Source of the DNA: Takakia lepidozioides
Taxonomy: Eukaryota; Plantae; Bryophyta
Reading direction: 5' to 3'
Assembly (NCBI GenBank): GCA_030704615.1
Contig: CM060731.1
Location: 54,436,001-54,500,000, forward strand
Length of the DNA stretch: 64,000 bases
In this document: piece by piece, positions 1-12,883 of the stretch
Numbering within the stretch: position 1 is the first letter of the stretch
Layout: each line of letters starts with the position of its first letter
Made by a program: the position numbers and the translations under genes
Notes under the pieces: model-generated
Seen by the model: the letters and a program-made list of their open reading frames with translations, nothing else
What the model was told of the DNA's origin: nothing
The model's database searches: none

Positions 1-601
1 AGCCCTGCACTCTGCAACTGTTTGATTACCTTTGCATGAGCTAGCGTCACGCTTTGCTTACAGTGATGTTCATAAGGTTTCTCTCTCCTTCAAGGCTCCT
101 CTAGAAACTTGGAGAACAATCACGTTGTGTTATACATTCTCTTTACATAGCGGAGACCTGTATGGATAGGGTATGGATTGTATTGTGCACGTTGATTTGT
201 GGTACTTAGTTACGCATATCGGTAAGAATAGGCTGCTGACCATATGAGATCCTATTGGTTGCAGTGCACAACAATGATCGATCGACTGTGTTCGCTGCAG
301 TTTCTTTTATGCTGGAAAAGGCTAATACGGTCCGGTGATGCATAAATTGAGCACTCTGCCTGCTATACCTGGCAAGCTATTTAGTTGTAGAGCTCTTTAT
401 TTGTTTGACACATATTCCACAGTGCGTGTTGTTCTTAGAAGCCACTTGCAATTACCGCAAAAACACACATGCACGTTTGATGCAAGTCTATGGATGTCTG
501 GTTCAAAGCCTTAGCAAGTTCTGCTCTTTTCTGAAAATGTTACATATGCCCAGCTACATTCCAGTGAGAGCACTGTGAGAGCATCGGCAGTGAGGGTGAG
601 G

Positions 602-626
602 TATATATATATATATATATATATAT
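602..626. repeat. (TA)n microsatellite
   Basis: About 12 TA units read directly. Confidence 0.95.
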
Positions 627-1140
627 CTAGCTCAAGAAAGAATGGTTTTAATTAGTCCTCAAAGTTGCAAATAGCCCTGAGGGTACAGCTGATCTATTTC
701 AATATCCTCAGATCTGGTCTTCAGGATGCCATCAGCATGCACTCGTCATTCAGCACTGACTTGGCTAACGCTGTGCGCTTGCTGCACAGCGGAAGTTGAT
801 AATCGTCTGGCAAGAGTCTGTAGCTCGGGGTACATGACTCGCACTTGGACAAATCAAGCTCCGGGATTGTGGGCTTATTGCTGTTGGGGCGGACCTGGGA
901 ATTAGGGATCCGATGATGTCCGGACCTTCTTAATACTCTTGACGAACTCGCAGTACCCTGGAAGATCACGTGCAAGAAAAAATCATGTCATTTCATCATC
1001 ATTTTTTGCCCGATTCAGATATCTAATCACCGGTCGACAACTTTGCCCGAGGTCACTGATGACCACGTGAGTGAGGACTTCCTGAGTGAGGACTTCCTGA
1101 TAAGAAATCACAACTTTCATGCAAATCTGCAAACTTAATT

Positions 1141-1902
1141 TCATGTAGAAAAGTCCCTGATGTTGTACTGTGGTGTTGTTTTCCGTACCAGTAATCCACG
1201 GTCCAATGGACGTTGAGGTGGGCCTGCCTCCAACACTTTGTCACGCTCATCTATCTGCAAGTTCGATTGCTTATTCATGAGCTCATGAGCGGACCCAACG
1301 GTATGTTCGTGCCTGGAGGGTGACCCCTGGAGTGTCATATCCACATCCTCTAGCAGCGGGATCGCGGGAGGTTGTGTAGAACCTAGGGAGGGCGCAGTAG
1401 GAGACAGATTCGACCCACTCGGCAGAAAGTACGTCGTAAACTCTTTTAGTAGATCTGGCTGATCCTCGAAAAGAAGTGAAAAATCTTGGTGTACCTCACT
1501 CATACACTTAAGTCCTTCTCGATACAATGCGAGAACATTCCAACATGCATGAAATATTTTCATGTCATTAAAGGCCGGCGCCCTCATCCTCCTTACAAAC
1601 TTGAGTGCATGGTCATGAAGTACGTCCGCCTGTTGTTGCTTCACCTCCTCAGCCGCCGATGAAGTGGTCCTCAGATAGTCAGGAATAAATTGAGTGAACT
1701 TCTTGAAAAGAAGGGGTTGCTTCCGCAGCAGCTTCCTCATTCTCCGTGTCACCTCCACAGGATCAAGCTGTTGATGCTTGAAGCAATGCATCACTGTCAA
1801 AAACTTGTTGTAGGCTTCATCTGTAAGAGCCCCTTTCAACTCTTGTGTAAAATAAAGGGCGTCATCATACATCCTGACGCCTGGTGCCATGATATAACTC
1901 AC
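1141..1902 (-). CDS. Intronless protein with two paired amphipathic helix (PAH, Sin3-like) domains, 253 aa
   Basis: PAH1 DDALYFTQELK..YNKFLTVMHCFKHQQLD..V..LLRKQPLLFKKFTQFIP and PAH2 ALKFVRRMR..LALYREGLK..EVHQDFSLLFEDQPDLLKEFTTYFLP match the PAH consensus. No HID or C-terminal Sin3 domains follow. Confidence 0.85.
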   Translation of the reverse strand: MSYIMAPGVRMYDDALYFTQELKGALTDEAYNKFLTVMHCFKHQQLDPVEVTRRMRKLLRKQPLLFKKFTQFIPDYLRTTSSAAEEVKQQQADVLHDHALKFVRRMRAPAFNDMKIFHACWNVLALYREGLKCMSEVHQDFSLLFEDQPDLLKEFTTYFLPSGSNLSPTAPSLGSTQPPAIPLLEDVDMTLQGSPSRHEHTVGSAHELMNKQSNLQIDERDKVLEAGPPQRPLDRGLLVRKTTPQYNIRDFST

Positions 1903-2707
1903 TGCTCCGCTACCATTCGCACTATCGCACTATCATCCGGCTCCGATCCAATCGTTTATATGGAGCAAATCCCAGACACGAATGAATCCACCGGTTCTCT
2001 GCTGAAGAAGTAGCTCACTCCGTTGAAGGAGTAATGTATCAGTGCCCAGGCTACACATCTTTTATTAGCAGGCCTGCTGCAAGTGACTTATCTTTGAAGC
2101 TACGGTTTTCTTATACATATCATCCTTGGAAGTTTAGTTTAGCACACTACCTCCGTTTGTGTGCACCGTATCTGTTTTGTGGCCTGCATTTCTTCTCGAG
2201 GACCAAAATAACTTTTCCATGCGGTCCAGAAAAGATACAAAGTTGTGTTTTGGCCCAATTGCAATTGAACACTTGATATTTGCAGTGTGGTTAATTGGGT
2301 GGCCTGCAGGGAGAGGCCAACACCTGTCTTCTCCCGCGGCTGAAGGGCTCACAGTATATCGCAGCACATTGGCTGTGCAGCTGACATGGATCATACCGGC
2401 CCCGGCCAGAGCTTTCGAGTGTCGATGGCTATGGCGCATCCCGAGCCTCCAGTGGCACAGGAGAAAGGTAAAGTCTCTACTTTTTCTAGGGATGGATAAA
2501 GTGCATTAAGGCATACATGCAGTCGAGACTCGAATTGATATAGTTATAACAAACACTCAAATAAGAAACCCTCAAAGGGACAGTCCACCTGGAGATCGGA
2601 CCCACCAGGGAATGGAAACGTAGCCCACAATGGCAGATTACTCGGGCACAGCCAGCCACAATCAATTTACAGGGAATTGAGTATTGATGCTGTAGGGACT
2701 GTGATTA

Positions 2708-3020
2708 GTCACAGCAGCATGTTGAAGAATTGCCAGAGACCGAGAGATCGGGAGGTACGTAATGTTAACACTATCTAGAGCTTTCCTCAATAAACGGTCC
2801 AGGTTATTTTGGAGCTGTTGGATCTCTATGTTTGAGAATTAGCGCTCCTCGATGTATATGTCGAGCATGTGATTGCATAGGCAGTCACACAGCATGTTGG
2901 AAAATTGCAAGAGAGCGAGATAGAGAGGTTGAACGATTATATTGAATGCCTACACTAACTTTCCTCAACTGATAGACCTAGTAGCTATGTTAAGTTGGAT
3001 CTCTATGTATTTCGCTCCTC
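2708..3020. repeat. Diverged tandem duplication, ~176-bp unit
   Basis: gtcacagcagcatgttgaagaattgccagaga...ttggatctctatg (2708) recurs as gtcacacagcatgttggaaaattgcaagaga...ttggatctctatg (2884). Confidence 0.75.
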
Positions 3021-4968
3021 CGCACAGACTGGGAAACCTGACGTAAAGTTTTCGGGTTCTTGCAGGGAGCTCAAAGAACGGCCGGCACTGGTTCCGTTCT
3101 TCTCGGTCACTTCATAACAGTGGTGGGTAGGTTTGACACTTGACCAGTGAAGATTTATTCATTTCAAACGTGAAAGGAGGTGGAATGGCGGTGTCGATTA
3201 CACTGATACACAGTTGCTTGCTTAAGTATATGACATTTTTGTCATAAAACAACAGCTTCTTCTTTCTGCTACTGTTGGTTCGTCCCTGTTATTGGAGCTT
3301 CGAAGGACGGTGCTTGTAGCCCGGCTTATGCGAGGCTGTGGTGGGAGCTATTGCTGCTCAGTTTCCCGCTATTGATTCTCACAGAGGAGTCCAAGATCGC
3401 CACACTTCAGAACACAGGTGCAGGATTCTCTGTCTGTATTCCTTGAGATCGTCTACGGGTACTTTTTCGTGCAATCTGCAAAGGAGCTGCGTTTCTCCGA
3501 AACAACTTACAAAGCCAGGAATTTACGTGTTCAGATTGTGTGCTTGGGGGTGATCATCGGAGCGTGGAGCACAGTAACCTTGAATGGGTTGAGCAGCAAT
3601 CGTTATACAGTAACGAGCATACTCAGGCCTGCACTTCAGGTTCAGACAGCCTTCATTAGAGAGGAGTGGGTTCCAGTACAAGCCCCCTGTGACCTTTAGG
3701 AACTGAAATCAATCAGAGAAGAATCTTGGTTATGGTTGGGCATGCTTCGAGAAGCGTGAAGGGGACTGGGAGCATAAGTTCTCCTATCTGAGTGCCAGTC
3801 TCAATTTGGAGAACGCAGGTATGTGTAACGCAAGGCAATCACATAGACCATTGACGATCCTTGTAACACCAACTCAACTCAGAATGTGTGGAGGGTATTG
3901 CTAACTCAGCTTTTTGAATAAGTTCTAGAGCTCTGGAATGGAAATCAGCTCTCATTTCAGGTTTAGGGCTTGACAACTTCATATCATTGCTCATCATCAA
4001 TCGGTGCTGAGCATAGATTGGCTAATAAGTCTTTTGTGGGAGCACAATTATCCAGTAGACCTGGGTTGAGCATGCTATGAGAGTTGAATCGCTCACCTAT
4101 GGGTACACTTCATTGAGGTTTTAGGTTCATTCTTATGTTGAAGGTTGTGGTTTGTGCAGGTGAGGCTCCCAAGACATTGCAGAAGTCTTGTAAGTTTGTG
4201 CGTGGGTTATTTAGGCGAGCATCTTCAAGATTTGATTGAAGACATACACGACATTGCACCTGCCTTCCTTTTTCATGTCAAAGTATGTGGAGGGCGTGTT
4301 TCCATTTATAACTGGATAAGCTCTATGCAGATTGTTATGGTTCTTGATTGCTTTATAAACCCATACACTAGCCCTTTTGTCTCTAGTGAATGAGCTAATT
4401 AGTGTTATGATTCATACAATCACAAGTACACTTGAGTGAATGTAAGTGCTGCACATTAGAGAGAACACTCGCTGCTTTTCAAACCAAATGGTGGATACAA
4501 TGTGATAAAGGATGCTATTGCTGCGTGAAGTCTCAGAATACAAGGGAACAACTATTGTGGTGTAAACACCGTCTCATATCTCTAAAGGTTGGAACTTGTC
4601 AGACAAGCAAAACCAGAAAAATCGAACCAAACAGCATCAAATTTTGATTCATTGAACAAGCCTTTACATTTGTGTAAAATTCACAACAATACGCACAGAG
4701 CTGTCAAAACTGCATCTGTAGATCGGGCCCAGTTCATCAGAACATGTACATCAACAGTGAATCAAATTACTGGACAAATTACTGGGTGATTACTCTGCGT
4801 CCCTCTCATCTGCGAACTTGGGCGTCTCAGCCTCCTGTTCCTTGGTTTTAGTGTCAGGTACAAAGAAAAAACACTACACCTCAGCCTCGTGTTCCTTGGT
4901 TTTGGTGTACAAAGAAAGAACACGAGACCTAACCTACATTTTAACTCAAAAAGTGCTCACCTTTAAAG

Positions 4969-5784
4969 CTAGCCAAGGGTTGCCCAGACACGGTTCTTGA
5001 ATCCTTCTAAATCTTGAGCTCCCAAAAGAAACTTGCCCGCTGGAACGATTGGAGGCACCACATCATAAACCAAGTGGGTCAGAATCAATAGGCCATGACC
5101 TTTGTACGGTACATTCCGATGCAACATGATCTCCTCAACAGCTCTAACTGTGGCACCATAGTTAGCCCCAATCCTAGCAGGCCGCACCCGGGGAACAACC
5201 TCCCGACGCTCAATATAGATTGTTCCTGCCAACCGGTTGATGTGAAGGAGCACAGCCACTCTGGTTTGCCCCTGACTCTCAGTTAACCAAAATGTAAGAT
5301 CTTGTGGGAGATTTGATAGTGACTCCGAAAGGCCAACCTCAACCACAAACGACGGCCAGTCCGATGCCAATACTCGAGAAGAAGGCTTGTATGAATGGTC
5401 CGGTTCCTTCGATTTCCCACTCTAACTTTTACATTTAAAAGATCCCATTGGAGCTAACGTGGGAAATACATCGTGACTCAAATTCCTCTCGAATATACGC
5501 ATAAACTCCATTGTCACACGAATATGATGTGCACTTGGCATCAACTTCACAATGAGACTCTCCTCCACCTCATCGTAGAGAAAAGACATACGTGGGAGGC
5601 TAGAGCTTCTCCTACCTCGAAGGCCCTCAATACGCTCGAAAGCCATTGGAGAAACACCAAAAAATGCCACGTATGGGCATTGTACACCCTCACTCAAACT
5701 CTTCACCACATTCGTGCATGTCTCTCGGAAAGAAGCTACACTTGTAAAGTTCACCGTAGTTACATTGGGGTAACCACTCAGCAA
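4969..5784 (-). pseudogene. Uma2-like / Crinkler-type PD-(D/E)XK nuclease-domain gene, copy 1, with in-frame TAG at 5422-5424
   Basis: ORFs 5422-5784 and 4969-5370 are one frame: LYDEVEESLIVKLMPSAHH...KCKS*SGKSKEPDHSYKP...DWPSFVVEVGLSESLSNL..DLTFWL..SQGQTRVAVLLHI. This carries the MPS..H, KEPD and VVEVGxSES motifs. Copy 2 has CAG at the stop position. Confidence 0.7.
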
Positions 5785-7147
5785 GGTTGGAGATGGATCT
5801 GATGAAGTATGAGCATATGATCGACATACTCATCATCCCATTCTCCACCACTATTGTTTAATGTCATCTGAATGAACCAGGTTTAGGGTAGGAAAATTTA
5901 AAAAATTCACACACCTTATGTCAACATCTTGCAAGCGTGGGCACGTCTGTGCTGCCACAATTAAGCTAGCATCAGTCACGTCTGAGCCTGACACATTGAG
6001 AATCTCCCAAGAATTGTTGCCAAAGCAGCAAGGAGCTCATCACAAAGCAACCCCCTTCATCGTGCTATCGCTAGCAATTCACTCTGTGAAATCGAAAAAC
6101 AGAAAAATATCTAATGAGAACTGCTGCCTCACAACTAAATTAGTTCACTTCAAAAAGTATCCAGCCTCATGCTAGAAGAAGTACCAAGGATATATTTTAC
6201 CCAAGAATGTTCGATCCAAGATTTATCTTATAATTCTAACATGACCAAGTGGCAGCGCTTGAACCAAAATAATAGTATTCCAGCTGAAATGAGTGTGAGA
6301 AGGACCGTCTCAGAATGCACAGACCCAAATTTGGTTGCAACGCTTCCTGCAGCTTTAATGAGAGTGCGTTCCGTTGCACCGATTGTCTTCTCTCAGATGA
6401 GCTTCTGTTGACGAAAACCATTCGCAGAACGAATATTGCCTCAAAATTCGGCTTCACCAGTGAAGAAAACCGGATGATATAAGTTACGGTCGATGAGAGT
6501 GCCCTGTCTCAATTTTCCTCTGTTTTCCTCAATCGAGACAGGAGGGGTTGCAATTGGGTGTAGATTTTGACCTATTTGGGTTGTGTTAAGCCGTAGAGGA
6601 AATACCACACACAAAATATTGTAAGCATCACAGGGCTAAGTTAACACGAAAGCACATACTTACGAACAGTGGATGACGTATGGCTCGCTGCTACACGGCT
6701 CCACGAAGGCGACTCGGATACGATCCATGGTGTTGAGAGCTTGTCCCGGGCTGTTCAAATCTTTAAGCCAAGGCTCAAGCACATTGTTCCGGAATTTCCA
6801 AATCTGAAGCCCGGGCTCCACAATGTTATCCCGAGGTTTTGTGCGGATGGTATCCCGGGCTTTGGAAGGTGTGAGTTGCCTCTGTGGCGTGTGAGCGAAT
6901 TAGGGCAGCGTGCAGGTGTGTCGGGATGCTTTCAAATGTTGGCGCTCCTTGAGGACGATGAAAGGTGCGGTTAGCGATGGGGATGGAGAGGAGCAATTGG
7001 ACGCGGCCTGAATGTGGCAGGTGTGATGCCTCTCTCTAACTCGACATCGTACAGCCCAAGGGCTTTGGGGAGGTTGAGGGACGTCTCAGGGAGATTTGAA
7101 GTTGGAGCAGGAAGTTGAAAGATTTGAGCTGAGGAGTCTGCTGACCA

Positions 7148-10025
7148 ATGCATGAGGCTGCTGCTATGGGCGATCACCAAGTCCTTCCTCCCGGTGTAAC
7201 CTCAAGTGTGCCTGCTGCTTCCACCCTTCCCACCGTCTTGGTAAGCCCCGCAATTCCTAGTTTTCAAAATGAGGTCGTTGATGCGAAAGACGAGGACATG
7301 GCCGAGCAGAGGGATGTCAGAGGGAGCCCTCAACCCAGCCCAAGGCGGACTGTGGATGGAGCAGGTATGGATTACGAGGAGTCCGAGGAGAGTCGTAAAG
7401 CTCGCGAGCGTAAGGAACAGCTGGTGCAGCAACTGCTTATGCACCGTCGTGCCAGCGCGCTTGCGGTCCCCACTAATGATGCAGCAGTGCGGACTCGACT
7501 GCGAAGCCTACAACAGCCTATCACGCTGTTTGGAGAGAGAGAGATGGAGAGGAGGGATCGGCTGCGTGCAGTCATGGCCAAGCTAGACGCAGATGGGGAA
7601 TTGGAAAAACTGGTGCAAGCACAGGAAGCCTCGGGCGAGGCAGCGGCAGCTGGCCAGGATGATGCTCATGACGAGGAGATTCCAGATGAATCCACGCCAC
7701 TCCAGCTCTTCTACACTGAAGGCACTGCGGAGTTGCTTAATGCACGTTCGCAAATCTTGAACTACTCGTTGCCACGAGCACACTCCAGGATTTCCAGTGC
7801 AAAAAGAAAGAGGGCCGATCCTGATGAGGATGAGGATGCAGAAGTGGAGGAAGTGTTACAAGGCATGGGACACACATCCATGGATTGCAGTGAAATTGGG
7901 GATGATCGTCCTCTTTCAGCTTGCGCCTTCTCTCCAGATGCATCGATGCTTGCAACCAGGTATTAGAGGACACCCTAAAAGTAGGTACATGTGCTTTTAC
8001 TTCACTTTGCAAAGCGTGAATGACAGGAAGGAAATAAAAATCTTCATCGTTGTAATAGTGTGCATTGTCCCTTGGCAACCCGTCAGTGCATCATACATGG
8101 ATAAGTGACTTCATATCCAAGTTTTGTCAATTCTGTCAGTGTTGCTAGAAGGATTGGGACTGGATGCAGCGGCACTGAAGTGGTAGGTTGGGTGTTTGGC
8201 TGGTAATGCAGTTCCTGGACGGGAATTACGAAGCTGTGGAATGTACCGGCAGTGCAGAAGGTGGGTATGAGTAAGGGCCACACTGAACGGGTGACTGATG
8301 TAGCATTTCATCCCAGATCATGCAAGAGTCTTGACCCATCAGCTGGCAACTTGGCTACTGCCTCTGCTGATCAGACGGCCATCCTGTGGAGTCTTGATGG
8401 TGTGCGCTTGCAGTCGTATGAAGGCCACCTTGACCGACTGGCCAGGCTGGCCTTCCATCCTTCCGGTGCTTACTTAGGAACAGCCAGTTATGATAAAACC
8501 TGGAGATTGTGGGATGTTGCCACAGGTATCGAGCTATTGTTGCAGGAGGGGCACAGCCGAACAGTATATGGCATTACTTTTCAAGGAGATGGGGCATTGG
8601 CAGCATCTTGTGGCATGGATGCCCTGGCACGTGTCTGGGATTTGCGCACTGGAAAGAGTATTCTTGCTCTGGAAGGCCATGTCAAGCCTGTGAGTATTGT
8701 TCTTGTCCTGGGTTTTACTTGTAGTTGTTTCCATGAAAACCAGCTCAGCAGGCATCTGAGGTTGTTATATCCACATCATATCGAAGGACTCGATTGATGG
8801 ATCCTGACTGGAAATGTCGGGCCTTCTTAACCTTTACAGACAATGAGATATGTATAGGGTCATTGTCTGTAGAGTACAGCACCCTCACAGCAAGAGTCAT
8901 GTCTTCTTACTTCAAATGAGAACTGTAAAGACTGAAGTGGAGAAAGGTTCCATGTGAACAGCAAATGGACATGGGTTAGTCGATCCTAAGAGATGGGGCA
9001 ATCCTGTGTCAATGGCGCAATGTGCGCCGTGTGTTCGGTGTTGCTATAAATGACTTCATCATATTTATTTCTGAGTAAAGTTCACATATATATTGTTGTG
9101 CACTTGTGGAGAGTTTCCTCCCTGTGATTGATTGAGTAGCAAGAGTGGAGTTTCTGTACTGACTTACAGTTTTGTTGGGCATGGGACAGGTCTTGGCAGT
9201 AGACTTCTCACCGAATGGCTATCACTTGGCCACAGGTAGTGAGGACCACACATGCCGGGTGTGGGACTTGCGCAAGAAGCAGGCTCTTTACATAATTCCA
9301 GCCCATTCTTCCCTCATATCGCAAGTCAAGTATGAGCCCTCTGATGGCTACTTTTTGGTCTCTGCCTCGTATGATAATACAGCTCGGGTTTGTACCTTCA
9401 CAGAAGCCCTTGTCAATCTGACTGAGGGTATAAACACATGTTATAGGCTTCAGTCAGATATGTATGGTTACCACATTTGCTGGAAACAGGCCAAACAAGA
9501 GAGAGAGATGGAGCAAGTTACATGCATCTGTCTTTCACCTGCATAGACATCAAGGTGAACTGTTGTCTTCGTTGTTTGCTCACATCAACTGGTGTGCAGA
9601 TCTCCATCTTTCTGATGTTGTATGAATCACTTACGGTGGTGATGTGATGGGCATCTTGTAGATCTGGTCAGGTCATGACTTCAAACCTATCAAGACATTG
9701 GCAGGTCATGAAAATAAGGTTGCGGGAGTGGATGTGTCAGCAGGTGGGTCCTACAGAAGGGGTACTGGCATTGTAAAAACTAGTTCAGGGATGTTAAAGA
9801 GGGCAAAGAAGGAACTGTTGTATTTTCTTCTCCATAAGTTCAACCAGTTCTCTTCAAAGCATAGATCTCTTTGCCATGTGAGATTGATCCTTCAGTTTAT
9901 AAGAGGGTTGTCGGTGACGTCGTGCTGGATGGATGGCAGATGGGAACTACATTGCGACTGTGTCACATGATCGGACCATAAAACTTTGGTCGCATTCCAA
10001 ACATACAGAAGGAAGTACTTCCTAG
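7148..10025 (+). CDS. PRP4: U4/U6 snRNP protein Prp4 (SFM/PRP4 domain + WD40 repeats). Exons ~7148-7959, 8212-8688, 9190-9387, 9662-9743, 9940-10025
   Basis: VPTNDAAVRTRLRSLQQPITLFGEREMERRDRLR (PRP4 motif), SEIGDDRPLS, WD repeats GHLDRLARLAFHPSGAYLGTASYDKTWRLWD and VDFSPNGYHLATGSEDHTCRVWDLR. GT-AG junctions keep frame to TAG at 10023-10025. Confidence 0.93.
8911..9030 (+). pseudogene. ~120-bp fragment of cytosolic LSU (25S/26S) rRNA inside PRP4 intron 2
   Basis: ttcaaatgagaactgtaaagactgaagtggagaaaggttccatgtgaacagcaaatggacatgggttagtcgatcctaagagatgggg matches the conserved eukaryotic LSU segment TTCAAATGAGAACTTTGAAG..GAAAGGTTCCATGTGAAC..GGGTTAGTCGATCCTAAGAG. Confidence 0.85.
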
Positions 10026-11311
10026 TTGAGCAGTTGGTACGTTTGAGAATTATTTTGTCATGCTTCATTAAACCCTTTGATTGAAAAGTCTATCACGTAA
10101 GTTTAGCTGCAAAGACTGAAGTAACTCTCCACAATGTGCCTTTTGTTAAAAACATGTGGTAGCTGTCATTGTGACACCTGGAAGTTGGCAAGTCGCATTT
10201 CTCACAACAACTGCACTGGTGCTCCAAGTAGACTGGAAGAATTTGCCAGTAGTTGTGCTTATTTGGGATGGTCGCAGAGGTGCAGTTGTGGAGTCGGTTT
10301 CTCTCCTCACCCTGAGATACTTCTCATCTGTAGGGTTTGATAGATTGGGGAATGATGACTTTGGTAGAATGCTTTACTTGGAGGAGCAGATCCTACGCAA
10401 GAGGACGTGTATTCTAAACATCAATGACAGAGGTAAATAGATTCACACTAATATAGCAAGCCACCCACAATGCCTATTCTTCACCACAGACTCTACATCT
10501 CTGCGTTACCAAGGCCCATATATTGGGTTGTCCCCCGGACACCTCGCGTGCATGTTGCACCTCAAGCAGCAACTGTTTCTTATGCTTATTACGAAAGGAA
10601 TAATTCAAATTCGTTAAAGTTATGACGTATAAAAATCAGAAGTTAAAAAAGAAAAAGAAAATAAATTGTGTACTCTTGCTGAAGCAAAGGTGTCACTTTG
10701 ACCCCCAAAGGGCTGGTGCCTTCCAATGGGAAGATGGACCATATGACCTAAATATGATATGGTGCAACCCGATTCATGCTCCATATCAAGGTTAAGGGTT
10801 AAGAATTAGCTTATTGAATCTTATCACGAATTATTATAATTGTGTGCTATTTGTCAAGTCTCAAAGTCCGGTTTTTGCAGGTTAAGGGGCAGACTAGCTT
10901 ATTTGCAAAAATCCCTGCGAGGCGAAAGCAAGGGTTGAGCTCACCTGGATTCTACACAACTAGTTCTGGATTCATATTCAATACCCAGGGAGCTCATCTT
11001 GAAGAGGGCGCCTTAGGGGGTTTTCCAACATCTTTATCTTTCCTTCTATCTGCCTGTGTGGATGAAGCTCTACTGAAATTAATGAAGCTTGCCACGTTAT
11101 GCATCAAATATATTCAGGACTACAAGAAACGCATGGACCTCCAATGCACTAAGCAGCATGTTATGGACAAAAAGAGCCCTAGACACTGCTTCATCTCAAC
11201 GTCCTCAATTTCTTTCTGGCATCTTCTTCAACCGAATATACCCTGTGTGCACATGAACTGCCCTCCAAACTTATGCACCTATAATGCTATAAACCATAAG
11301 CAAGGTTATGA

Positions 11312-11592
11312 CCAGTGTTGGGTGAATAATGGACTTTTCAATGACCAGCAGTTCCAGTTACTTGAAATTTTGGGAAACTAATGACCTCCGGTTCTGGTTA
11401 TTATGGCTAGATATAATCTCCGGTTTCAGTTGCTGACAAAAACCTTAAATATCCGATGATTTTCACCAGATAACCAGTGGTTCTTCAAAGTTTGTTTGGG
11501 TAGCTGTTTCCAAACCACATACCCCGCGGTTTATGTTTTTCCCGATCATTGATTACTTCGGTGAAATGGGTATATACCCCGGTTGATAACCA
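11312..11592. mobile_element. Possible degenerate hAT-like MITE remnant
   Basis: Starts CCAGTGTTGGG (hAT-like terminus) and carries repeated CCGGTT motifs. No matching right TIR was found. Confidence 0.3.
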
Positions 11593-12883
11593 TCAGATGC
11601 ATTCCAGGATTAAAGAACAGCTACTGCATCCATCACCTCAATGATTTCAATGCTCAAGATTTGAAGAAGAGCTTCCCAGTGTACTCCAAGGTCAAGACAT
11701 TGACTTTGAGCCAGGGTTGAAAAATATCCAAGTACTAGACCATGGATGCACTCAAATTTTACGTTGATCTGTAGAAGCCTGTATGCTTAGAAAGGTCTTT
11801 GCACCTCTTGCTGCTCCTGTGAAAGGCTGTGGACAATGCCTACTAATGTCCTGTTGTAGGGTAATGACAGCCCGCAACATTGTGTTTGTTACCAACCCCT
11901 TGACTTTTTGGGTGTGCACTTCCTGTGTTGCCCCTGTGGTTGAGAACGCACAGCGACTTAGATGTGGTGCGAGATGCAATCACATCTGTGGCTCAGGAAG
12001 CTGGATCTGCGGGAACAAACAAATTTTCTTCCATCCTCCATCAGCTTGTAACATAATTACAATGATCCACTACACAAGTGTTCTTTGCATACAAATGTGC
12101 TTGTTACTCTTCTCTTCCAGTAGGATTGTAGCCCTAGCCCAAAGCAAATTCCACAATAGTGAACCATCCCACCTAATCTGAGTTGAATGACCAAATTCCA
12201 CAGTTGGAATCCCCACATCATGTATTTGAGTGTCTCAATGATTGTATCCCAATCCGGTCTACTTTACCTTAATCCAGGGTTTCAATAATAGGTTAGCACA
12301 TCTGCCTGTTCACCACATGTTTCTGCGGCCAAGATATGCCCATCATTTTAAGGGTGGCATTCAGAGGCAACCTGATACAAAAGAACCTATTTTCACTCGG
12401 AATTAGATTGATGGCTTGGTTTGTTGATGCAGATGAATTACTATAGTCACGTGCCATATTGGAGCCCATATTTGACCAGAGTATACAGGGCCACATGTGC
12501 TGGTGGACCACCACCAACTAGCTGTTTACCAAAAATCTTTGGCGGTTTGCTTTGATATATAATGTGTTCCACGGAAGGCTGACAAAAGTCCAGGAAGCTA
12601 GCAACACTTTGGTTAGGCTACATGAGATAATATATTTCTCAACTCGAAGTATGTGAAGCTTGGGAAACAGGGATCACTTTGTCCTAAAGTGACTGCCAGA
12701 TAAGGACATTACCTCAATTGTGTGCAGGATCTCAAAGAGACAGTGTACTGATGCTAAGATTGCTTCTTGTCATTCTCTAAGTTTGAGCGTGAGCTTCAGT
12801 GATGACCATCTCTTGGACCACATGACTTTGGGAGGCGTCGAGTAACAGGCTATAACTCATGCTGATTTCAATTCACATGGAGC

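Noticed and set aside
3338-3820. Possible membrane-protein gene remnant
   Set aside because: Short broken frames with no recognisable family; not supportable.
5422-5424. Stop-codon readthrough or U-to-C editing in the Uma2-like gene
   Set aside because: A simple C-to-T mutation explains it (copy 2 has CAG), and the start region is also degenerate.
10842-12181. 179-aa and 132-aa ORFs between PRP4 and WDR53
   Set aside because: They have non-canonical or weak starts and no recognisable motifs; one overlaps a probable MITE remnant.
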